Assembly: GCA_036263215.1 (NCBI GenBank)
Contig: DATAHM010000079.1
Coordinates: 1-45,643, forward strand
Direction of reading: 5' to 3'
Source: Gemmatimonadaceae bacterium
Lineage (GTDB): Bacteria; Gemmatimonadota; Gemmatimonadetes; Gemmatimonadales; Gemmatimonadaceae
DNA: 45,643 bases
In this document: positions 19,029 through 26,551 of the stretch, piece by piece
Layout: every line of letters begins with the position of its first letter
How positions within the stretch are numbered: position 1 is the first letter of the stretch
Notes under the pieces: generated by a model
The model's database searches: none
What the model saw: the letters and a program-made list of their open reading frames with translations, nothing else
What the model was told of the DNA's origin: nothing
Program-made: the position numbers and the translations under genes

Positions 19029-19757
19029 ATGATCCTAATGCGTAAGTCTTCATTGGTTATCGCCGCCGCTTTGCTGATTGCGCGAGTTGCTGGCGCGCAG
19101 ACGCCGGCCAACGATCCGTCCGCACGGTTGAAGCAGGTATTGCCGGCGGACGTTGCCCAGCGCGTCCTCGACAGAATTGCCGCCGCCCGAGCGCATCAGC
19201 TTCCCGCCGCGGCACTGGAAAATCGCGCGCTCAAGTTCGCAGCACGCGGTGTCGACCCGCGCAACATTGAGCGCTCAGTGAACGAGCAGGCCGATCGCAT
19301 GGAGATCGCACGCGATGCAATCGCCGCCGGACGCGGCAGCAAACCAGCAGGCGACGAGATCGAAGCTGGAGCTGAGGCCATCAGAAAAGGTGTGGACGGC
19401 GCTGCTGTGAGCTCGCTGGCGCGGAGCGCGCCGCACGATCGGTCGCTTGCGGTTCCATTGTTCGTGATTGGAAGTCTCAGAGATCACGGCCTGTCTTCCG
19501 CAGAGGCGCTGAATCGTGTGCTTGCCGGACTCGCGGCAAAGGATTCCGATGCGGATCTCGAGAGCATGCCAGGCGCGTTGCCGGCCGAGGCAGCATCGGG
19601 CCAGGCGCACAAGCCTGTCGGAGTGGGATCAGCGAACGGGCGTGGACCGACTTCGACGGGAAGACCGGCCTCGGCAGGACCGCCGGCCGGCGTCCCGGGA
19701 AATGGCGGATCCCGCTCGAACGCGGGTCACGCACACAAGCCGCCGCCGCACAAGTAG
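19029..19757 (+). CDS. Secreted alpha-helical protein with Pro/Gly-rich tail, unknown function
   Basis: Signal peptide ...VAGA|Q; Ala-rich helical repeats; low-complexity C-terminus. Confidence 0.8.
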   Translation: MILMRKSSLVIAAALLIARVAGAQTPANDPSARLKQVLPADVAQRVLDRIAAARAHQLPAAALENRALKFAARGVDPRNIERSVNEQADRMEIARDAIAAGRGSKPAGDEIEAGAEAIRKGVDGAAVSSLARSAPHDRSLAVPLFVIGSLRDHGLSSAEALNRVLAGLAAKDSDADLESMPGALPAEAASGQAHKPVGVGSANGRGPTSTGRPASAGPPAGVPGNGGSRSNAGHAHKPPPHK

Positions 19758-19768
19758 GATCGCAAACG

Positions 19769-19813
19769 CGAAAAAAAGAGGAAGAGCCTGGCGCTCTTCC
19801 TCTTTTTTTTTCG
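19769..19813. terminator. Rho-independent terminator (bidirectional geometry)
   Basis: AAAAAAAGAGGAAGAGC-ctggc-GCTCTTCCTCTTTTTTTTT. Confidence 0.9.
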
Positions 19814-19823
19814 ATAGGTGCGT

Positions 19824-19852
19824 TGTGACCAAATGTGTGCGTAGGCGAGTCA
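19824..19852 (+). promoter_or_regulatory. Putative ECF-dependent promoter 3 (TGTGAC-N18-AGTCA)
   Basis: Same motif and spacing, immediately after the terminator and upstream of the DUF4382 gene. Confidence 0.65.
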
Positions 19853-19921
19853 GAAAAATGTGTGGCTGGACAAAGCATCGTTCCACGCCCTGACCAAAAT
19901 GATGTCATCTGGAGACAAAAG

Positions 19922-20809
19922 ATGTACAGAACTCTTCGACTTTTTGCGGCACTCGCGCTCGGCGCGGTCGGCGTCGCCGCGTGCAGCGATTCCTCCGGAA
20001 CGGGCAGCGGACTGCTCACAGTGCGTCTCACCGACGCGCCGTTCCCGTTCTCTGATGTTGCCAGCGTGAATGTCTATGTGGTGAGAGTGGACGCCAGAGC
20101 CTCGGAGCCCACGGACGCCGAAGCTGCCGACGAGTCAGACACCGACGGGTGGACAACGGTCGCGACACCGAACACGTCCATCGATCTGCTGCAGCTCGGG
20201 GGCGGGCAGACTACCAACCTCGGCGCTACGACGCTCGCGACCGGAACCTACAATGGATTCCGCTTGATCATTGATCCGAGCAAGTCTTCTATCACTCTCA
20301 AGGACGGATCCTCCCCGCCGATCTTTTTCCCGAGCGCGGCTCATTCCGGAATCAAGGTCAACCTCGACCAACCAATCCAGCTAACTGAAAACGGCTCGGT
20401 GATGACGCTGGACTTCGATGTTGGCCGCAGCTTCGTGATGCGCGGAAATAACCCCGCTAACGGATTCAACTTCAAGCCAGTGATCCGTGCCGTCGCGCAG
20501 GACATTACAGGCAGTGTCACGGGCTCCGTGCACGCGAACAGTGCAACCGGGCCTGCTGTGCCGGGGGCGACGGTAGAGGTTCTTACGGCTGGGTCGCTTC
20601 TTACCGATGCGGATCCGGCTCACGTCATTCGTACGACCAGCACCGATGCCGACGGAAACTTCCGCATCGCTTTCCTGCTGCCGGGAACGTACGTGCTCAG
20701 AGCAACCCCTCCGGCAGAGAGCGGCTTCAAACCCGCGCTTCTGCCCGATGGGCTCACCATCACCAAGGGTACCGAAACCCAGAACCAGGTGATCGTGGTA
20801 GCGCCGTAA
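19922..20809 (+). CDS. DUF4382-type lipoprotein with C-terminal carboxypeptidase-regulatory-like (transthyretin/CnaB-like) domain
   Basis: Lipobox VAAC; LTVRLTDAP, IDLLQL, SGIKV, TLDFDVGRS and FKPVI (DUF4382); TDADGNF...LLPGTY. Confidence 0.82.
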   Translation: MYRTLRLFAALALGAVGVAACSDSSGTGSGLLTVRLTDAPFPFSDVASVNVYVVRVDARASEPTDAEAADESDTDGWTTVATPNTSIDLLQLGGGQTTNLGATTLATGTYNGFRLIIDPSKSSITLKDGSSPPIFFPSAAHSGIKVNLDQPIQLTENGSVMTLDFDVGRSFVMRGNNPANGFNFKPVIRAVAQDITGSVTGSVHANSATGPAVPGATVEVLTAGSLLTDADPAHVIRTTSTDADGNFRIAFLLPGTYVLRATPPAESGFKPALLPDGLTITKGTETQNQVIVVAP

Positions 20810-20829
20810 CAGCGCTCGCTCAGAGAATC

Positions 20830-20860
20830 CAAGAGCCCGAGGGTATCCCTCGGGCTCTTG
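20830..20860. terminator. Perfect hairpin after the DUF4382 gene, probable terminator
   Basis: CAAGAGCCCGAGGG-tat-CCCTCGGGCTCTTG forms a 14-bp stem; the U-tract is weak. Confidence 0.7.
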
Positions 20861-20915
20861 TGCATCCGGGTGTTGAGGATTGTGCGATTGCAAGGGCTAT
20901 CCCTTGGTACGCTCC

Positions 20916-21329
20916 GTGCCTAACATCAAGCTCACAGAACTCACGGACGGCCAAATGCATCTTCGCAATCTGTTTCCCGAATCGATCTTCGGTCGCAAGC
21001 TCAATCCCAACGCAGAGCGCAGACTGCGCCTTTCCCAGGCGAGGGCCGAAGAGACGATCATTCGTGGCCACGTCGACAATGCGCTGATGTTCGTCGACAC
21101 CCTGGCTGAGGATCTGTCGTTCGACCGAGCGATCGACACCTACATCCGCGTCATGGGAATTCCGGAGCCTCTGGCAACGACCGTCGCTACGCGAGCGCTG
21201 GTGCACCTCGGCAGAGACCTGGTTCCGTTTCGGCGCCGAATGCAGCGTGAAGGTGAGGATGCTGCTGCCGAGAAGCCGCGTCTCAGGCTGGACGAGGCGT
21301 CGCGTGCGGGGGATATCAGGCGCGCGTAG
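20916..21329 (+). CDS. Hypothetical alpha-helical protein (start GTG 20916 or ATG 20956)
   Basis: Fills the gap between the terminator and the convergent VKOR gene; plausible helical sequence; no family recognised. Confidence 0.7.
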   Translation: MPNIKLTELTDGQMHLRNLFPESIFGRKLNPNAERRLRLSQARAEETIIRGHVDNALMFVDTLAEDLSFDRAIDTYIRVMGIPEPLATTVATRALVHLGRDLVPFRRRMQREGEDAAAEKPRLRLDEASRAGDIRRA

Positions 21330-21349
21330 AGCCCGGTTTTAACAAGGTG

Positions 21350-21796
21350 CTAGTCTGAATCGTCGGGAGTCGTCAGGGCCGTGATCTCCCGGAGATCCGC
21401 AACACTGACGACGAGTATCAAGGTGACTACGACTGCCGACGTCACGCACCAGATGCAGATCGCCTGAATCACCGCAAGCTCCAGGTAGGTGAGCCATGCG
21501 GAGAACAGCACCCCTACCGTTGCCTCGAGCACAATCACCAGCGAAATAACTCGAGCGTACTCGAACTTCGGCATCGTGCCCACGACGGCGATCGCGAATA
21601 CATCGAGGTAGAAGAGCAGACCCCATGCTGCGACAGGGAGTCCGAGGAAACGCGACCACTTGCTGAGATTGACGGTCTCGCAGGAACCGACGCTGCAGCT
21701 CAGCTCGGCGATGACGCCGAGCTTGTAGAGAGTGAGATACAGGCTGATGAAGATCCCGGCCAGCGCGAGCGCGGCCACGATCATTCGCTTGGTCAC
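21350..21796 (-). CDS. Vitamin K epoxide reductase (VKOR) family protein
   Basis: CSVGSC loop cysteines, VNLSKWS and CIWC active site; four TM segments. Confidence 0.92.
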   Translation of the reverse strand: MTKRMIVAALALAGIFISLYLTLYKLGVIAELSCSVGSCETVNLSKWSRFLGLPVAAWGLLFYLDVFAIAVVGTMPKFEYARVISLVIVLEATVGVLFSAWLTYLELAVIQAICIWCVTSAVVVTLILVVSVADLREITALTTPDDSD

Positions 21797-22587
21797 TTCC
21801 GCGCTGTCGAGGAAGCTGACGTTGCTGCGGATCCTGTAGCGCTTGCAGTCTTCGCGACTGAGTCGACGATCGCTTTCATGTCGTCATACGACCTCATTCC
21901 AGCGTAAAGCTTTCTGCCAATGACAAAGCTCGGAGTCGAGTTGACGCCTCGCCGTAGACCTTCAGCGAGGTTTGCGCTGATGCGCTTCTGGTACTTTCGC
22001 GCGTCGAAGCAGCTCTCCCATTTTCCGACATCGAGGCCGAGCTCCTGTGCGTAGCGCTTGAAAAACGGCTTCGGCACATCGGTCGCCTCGCCATTCCATT
22101 CGGTTTGCGCCTGGAACAGTCTGTCGTGCATCGGCCAGAACTTGCCCTGTTCGTCGGCGCAGGCGGCGGCGTTCGACGCAGCCAGGCTGTTCCGATGCTG
22201 GGTTAGCGGAAAATCGAAATAGGTGATATTGGCGAGCCCGGGATTGATGATGCGGGCTCTGATGTCGGGCTCTGTGACAACGGAAAAGCCGGCACACGAC
22301 GGACACTCGAAGTCGGCGAATTCCAGTATCTTGACCGGGGCATCGGGTTTGCCAAGCAGATACCCCTGGGCAGGACCAGCGTTAGTGGTGTCAGCCACGT
22401 CATTGACGTCTCGCACCGTATTTTTCGGCTTGGTTGCTACATAAGAGAGAGCCGCGACTCCTATTACAGCGATTGCGCCAAGCAGCCAGTAGAAAGCTTT
22501 TGGCCGACTTGATGCATTGCGAGCCTCCCTGACGGCGTTCCTGCGGGGTACGTTCCTGTCTCTCGGCGGACGTTCGTTCGGCGGCAT
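21793..22587 (-). CDS. Membrane-anchored DsbA-family thioredoxin-fold oxidoreductase
   Basis: EFADFECPSC, DFPL and GVNSTPSF (cis-Pro) motifs; N-terminal TM; coupled to VKOR. Confidence 0.92.
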   Translation of the reverse strand: MPPNERPPRDRNVPRRNAVREARNASSRPKAFYWLLGAIAVIGVAALSYVATKPKNTVRDVNDVADTTNAGPAQGYLLGKPDAPVKILEFADFECPSCAGFSVVTEPDIRARIINPGLANITYFDFPLTQHRNSLAASNAAACADEQGKFWPMHDRLFQAQTEWNGEATDVPKPFFKRYAQELGLDVGKWESCFDARKYQKRISANLAEGLRRGVNSTPSFVIGRKLYAGMRSYDDMKAIVDSVAKTASATGSAATSASSTARK

Positions 22588-22658
22588 TTCCCTGGCCGGA
22601 ATGTTTGCAGTGACTGCAGAGTATGTTGTGACGCGAAAGCTAAGAGAGGGGTATAGAG

Positions 22659-23501
22659 ATGCAAGCTGATGTCCTCAGAGCACCGGTCGGTCCTGGCGCA
22701 ATTCACGTCGAGCGCTACGGACACGGCGGTACTGCCGTCATTCTGCTCCACGGGTTCGGCACCTGCAATTTTTTATGGCGGGCTGTCGCGCCGGCGATCA
22801 CAGCTGCCGGACACACCGCATACTCAGTGGACTTGCTGGGACACGGCCAATCAGACAGGCCAATCGACGCCGATTTCGGGATAGCCGCACAGGCGGAATA
22901 CGTTGATGCAGCGATGACCGTTCTGAGAGTGGCGCGTGCGGTAATCGTTGGCGTCGACTTTGGCGGAGATGTCGCGATGAAGCTCGCGGCCAACCGCCCG
23001 GAGCGCGTCGAAAAGCTCGTTCTCATCAATACGCCGGCGTTCGACGAGCTACCGGCAAAAGACATCACCCAGATGCAGCGGCGAACCGCGAGGTTTGCGT
23101 TCAGTCTCACCCGAGGAGTAATGGGGGCGGCACCGCTCCTCGAAGGCGTGCTCAAGGGGAGCGTCGCCGACCAGGAGCACATGCCGATGAAGCTCATCGC
23201 GCGTTATCTCGCTCCCTTCGTCGGCAAGGACGGCGCAAACCATCTGCTCACTCTCGCGAGCGCGGTGCACCGCGGCGATCTCGACGAGGATGAATACGCC
23301 GAGATCCACGCGCCAACGCTCATCGTGTGGGGCGACGAAGATCGGTGGGTGGATCCGAAGCTCGCCGATCGACTGGTGAATGCAATTCCAGATGCGCGAC
23401 TCGTGAGGCTGGCGGGCATTGCTCGGCTCGTCCCCGAGGAAAACCCCGAACATCTCTCCGAGCTGGTACTCGATTTCATCAAAAGGCGCGCAGCGGCATG
23501 A
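22659..23501 (+). CDS. Alpha/beta hydrolase fold protein (epoxide hydrolase/dehalogenase-like; catalytic His apparently missing)
   Basis: LLHGF, DLLGHGQS, GVDFGG, PTLIVWGDED and GIARLVPEENP motifs. Confidence 0.88.
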   Translation: MQADVLRAPVGPGAIHVERYGHGGTAVILLHGFGTCNFLWRAVAPAITAAGHTAYSVDLLGHGQSDRPIDADFGIAAQAEYVDAAMTVLRVARAVIVGVDFGGDVAMKLAANRPERVEKLVLINTPAFDELPAKDITQMQRRTARFAFSLTRGVMGAAPLLEGVLKGSVADQEHMPMKLIARYLAPFVGKDGANHLLTLASAVHRGDLDEDEYAEIHAPTLIVWGDEDRWVDPKLADRLVNAIPDARLVRLAGIARLVPEENPEHLSELVLDFIKRRAAA

Positions 23502-23583
23502 ACCTTTCTCCTATGAAATGGTGTCTAAGATCAGTAGATTGAGAGAGAAAGATTTCACAGACGTTTTCACTTCAGCGGACTTG

Positions 23584-23844
23584 ATGAACACTCAGAAAAA
23601 CAGATTCAGAAAAGAACCAGTTCGAGTGGCAACTCCCTTTGAGGAGGCCCGGGACGAGCTGTTTCAGCAGATTATGCGTTGCGGAGTTGTCGGCGCGGCG
23701 CCCGAGGACCAGAAGGATTGGTTCGACAACACGATGGCGTATCTCACGGAACGGTACCATGAGCTAAAGCCATCGGAGCTCAGCGAGCTCAGGGTGCTCG
23801 GCGAGAGATTCGCGCAGCCACCCAAGGTCAGGCGGGCAGTTTAA
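23584..23844 (+). CDS. Small hypothetical helical protein (86 aa)
   Basis: ATG 23584; ends directly at a strong terminator; protein-like composition. Confidence 0.72.
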   Translation: MNTQKNRFRKEPVRVATPFEEARDELFQQIMRCGVVGAAPEDQKDWFDNTMAYLTERYHELKPSELSELRVLGERFAQPPKVRRAV

Positions 23845-23881
23845 TAAAACGGGGCGCTCCTTCGAGCGCCCCGTTTTATTA
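23842..23881. terminator. Bidirectional rho-independent terminator
   Basis: TAATAAAACGGGGCGCTC-cttc-GAGCGCCCCGTTTTATTA between convergent genes. Confidence 0.9.
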
Positions 23882-23922
23882 GCGCAGCGTTTCCCGAACT
23901 CCCCTGGTCGGTAGCCGAACGC

Positions 23923-24420
23923 TCATCTGCGTTCGGGGATTCCCTTGCGGATCCCGATGCCCACCCGCGTTCCACCACCGAGCCCGACCTCGAGGGCCGG
24001 CACCCATCCGCCGGCTGCGCCACGGCGAAGGGGACCTTCTATTCCAAGGAAAACGAGGAGATAAGCGCGCGCACCGCCCGCGGCTGCGGTTCGATACCGC
24101 CCCGAGAGCCCGGCGCCCGCGTACGGCGCCCACCGACTCTGCCGGAAGGGATCCATGCTGAAGCGAGCGACGAGATCGGTACGGCCTTCTACTCCGTGGG
24201 GACCACCACCCAGCCCACCGATCAGACCCGTACGAACGTAAATGCCGGTGGGAACCGTGAGGCCGAGCGCCGCCTCGATGCCAGTCGTCCGGGCAAAAAT
24301 ACCATCGACGCGGACTTCGGGTTGAACTGCCTGCGTCGTATTCTGTCCATCTGCCGCGCGGGGCAGACAGACGACAAAGGCAATGACTACTGCGGCGACG
24401 ATGCGGTCAGAGCGAATCAC
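23923..24420 (-). CDS. Secreted small beta-rich protein (possible small outer-membrane barrel)
   Basis: Signal peptide ...AADG|Q; Gly-rich amphipathic strands (APYAGAGL, VGIGIR). Confidence 0.65.
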   Translation of the reverse strand: MIRSDRIVAAVVIAFVVCLPRAADGQNTTQAVQPEVRVDGIFARTTGIEAALGLTVPTGIYVRTGLIGGLGGGPHGVEGRTDLVARFSMDPFRQSRWAPYAGAGLSGRYRTAAAGGARAYLLVFLGIEGPLRRGAAGGWVPALEVGLGGGTRVGIGIRKGIPERR

Positions 24421-24430
24421 CCGTCCAAAT

Positions 24431-24955
24431 CTATCGGGCCCGGCCTCGCCACAGGGCGAAGGTGTAGTCCACTATCGATGCCGCCGAGATGACGCCGATG
24501 GTCAGAATCAGAATCGTCGTCAGCTCCGGCATGATGATTATTCCGACGAGCGTCACCAGCTGCAGAACGGTGACAATCTTGCCTAGCATTCTCGCCCTGA
24601 AGACCGCGGGCCGCAGCGTTGGAATAATTTTGGCGACTACGAAGCCGACGGCCGTGGCAATATCGCGGGTGAGAAAAATGAAATACTGGCCGGTGCTGAG
24701 CTGACCCTGAATCAGGTAGGTAGATATCGCGACGAAAACAAAAACCCGATCGGCGATTGGATCGAGTAGCGCACCGGCAATGCTCTGCGTTTTTTCGTGT
24801 CGCGCGAGCCATCCGTCCATGAAGTCGGTAACGCCAGCGACCGCAATGAGTGCGATCCGGTCCCAGGGCTCCGAGACGAGCACGAACGCAACCGCGAGAA
24901 CGACGCGCGATAGCGAAATAGTGTTGGGAAGGGTGAACAGCGCGCTGCGATTCAT
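24431..24955 (-). CDS. CDP-alcohol phosphatidyltransferase (PgsA-like)
   Basis: LPNTISLSR and TDFMDGWLAR...GALLDPIADR family signature. Confidence 0.92.
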   Translation of the reverse strand: MNRSALFTLPNTISLSRVVLAVAFVLVSEPWDRIALIAVAGVTDFMDGWLARHEKTQSIAGALLDPIADRVFVFVAISTYLIQGQLSTGQYFIFLTRDIATAVGFVVAKIIPTLRPAVFRARMLGKIVTVLQLVTLVGIIIMPELTTILILTIGVISAASIVDYTFALWRGRAR

Positions 24956-25021
24956 GCGAGGAAAAAGTACGAGCGTGCATCAATGCTTGCCAGCACGTAA
25001 CGCGTTCTCTAGCTTCGCTCG

Positions 25022-26548
25022 ATGATCCCGCACAGCACGCTCGCCGCTCTGTACATCGCGATCTCGATTGCGATTATCGCCTGGGATATCCTGATGGCGG
25101 GGCGCATCGCGCAGCTCAGACGCATCCCGCGCTCATTCCAGGCAATCACCGGCATCGCGGGCTTGCTGCTCGCACCGGCGCTCGTCGTCGCCTATACCTC
25201 GCAGTCGCTGTTGTACGGTCGCGCCATTCTCCTCGTTTCATGGTTGTGGCCCTTCACCGCCCTCCTTTTTCTCCTGCAGACCATCTACGCGCTCGGGCGC
25301 AGGCTCGTCACACCACTCCTGGGCTTTCCGCTACTCGTGTACAACGCCGTAATCGCGATCGTCGCGGTAACGAAGTTCGTGATCACGCGCGGCCAGTCAC
25401 CGTTCGAGTTCGGCCTTGCCCTGAACGCCGCACAAGCCAGCATGCTCGGCACGTTCTTCGGCGCGCCGGTGCTCTGGAATCCCATTTTTCTACAGGTCCC
25501 GATCTTCGCGCCGTCACTGCCCGCTCGCTGGACAATCACGCGGTTCGCGCGCGCAGTGATCGCCGTCGTCGTAATAGTCATGACGGCGCTCGTGGTCGTG
25601 GAGCTCCCCGGAGCCTACGCGGGAATCAAGAGCTACGCCGAGCACGCGCGTGATCAGCTGCAGGAACATCCGGAAGGTGATTTCAAGATCGGCCTCAAGA
25701 TCTTTCCCGATCTGCGCAGCGGCCCGCCCCCTATTGCACTCACCTATGATCTCGCGCTCGCAGATACGCTCGGGGTCGACGCGATAGCGGTGGTGATCGA
25801 TCCCGAAGCAGCGCGCGGCGTCGCGCTCGACTCACTCGCGCGCTCGATCGATGTCGCACGCGCTGACAGTACCCTCGTTATCGTCTCGCTCGGATACCCG
25901 AAGAAAGGCGGGGAGGAAATTCGGCAATCCCGGGATGCCTACACCGTGTCCAGGCTCAAGGACGTGGACAGAATCGCGCGGCGGCTCAAGCCGGATTACC
26001 TCATTCCCGCCGTGAATCCAACCGAGGAAGGATCGCGCATCCTCGGCGATCAGACACCGGAGTACTGGATCGATTATTTCACGCGCGCAGCGCGTGTGGC
26101 GCACTACATCTATCCGCGCATCAAGGTTGCGGTTCCGATGAGTACTTACGGAACGAGAGACAGCACGCTCTACGCGTGGGCAGCTCGACGCGGCTCACCG
26201 ATCGATGTGGTTGGATTCTCGCTGCTGCCCGGCTTTGACGGCGCTCGCTCTCTCGACACGCATCTCCGCGTAGCGCAGCGCTGGCTGCGTTTATACCCGA
26301 ACCCCAAGGAGCATTGGGTTCTCGCCGCCGGCGGGTATCCGCTTCTTCACGGCGAACAGAATCAGGAGCGAGCGATCTGGGGGGTGCTCGCCTGGGCCAC
26401 GGCTCAAACGCCGATAAAAGGCCTGGTCATTTACGAAGGCGGAGACTACAACACTGTCCTTGGCTTGCGCGCGCCGAGCGGACGTTTACGCCCCGCCACG
26501 GCGGCAATTCTCAGGGCGGAAAAGGGACTCAAAGCGAGCGCGCAGTAG
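25022..26548 (+). CDS. Membrane protein with multi-TM N-terminus and a soluble C-terminal alpha/beta (possibly TIM-barrel, glycoside-hydrolase-like) domain
   Basis: About six hydrophobic segments followed by alternating beta/alpha elements (LKPDYLIPAVNP, IKVAVP, IDVVGFS, EHWV, IKGLVI). Confidence 0.7.
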   Translation: MIPHSTLAALYIAISIAIIAWDILMAGRIAQLRRIPRSFQAITGIAGLLLAPALVVAYTSQSLLYGRAILLVSWLWPFTALLFLLQTIYALGRRLVTPLLGFPLLVYNAVIAIVAVTKFVITRGQSPFEFGLALNAAQASMLGTFFGAPVLWNPIFLQVPIFAPSLPARWTITRFARAVIAVVVIVMTALVVVELPGAYAGIKSYAEHARDQLQEHPEGDFKIGLKIFPDLRSGPPPIALTYDLALADTLGVDAIAVVIDPEAARGVALDSLARSIDVARADSTLVIVSLGYPKKGGEEIRQSRDAYTVSRLKDVDRIARRLKPDYLIPAVNPTEEGSRILGDQTPEYWIDYFTRAARVAHYIYPRIKVAVPMSTYGTRDSTLYAWAARRGSPIDVVGFSLLPGFDGARSLDTHLRVAQRWLRLYPNPKEHWVLAAGGYPLLHGEQNQERAIWGVLAWATAQTPIKGLVIYEGGDYNTVLGLRAPSGRLRPATAAILRAEKGLKASAQ

Positions 26549-26551
26549 CCG

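Noticed and set aside
22627-22656. Fourth TGTGAC upstream of the alpha/beta hydrolase
   Set aside because: The sequence 18 nt downstream is GTATA, not AGTC, so it does not fit the ECF motif.
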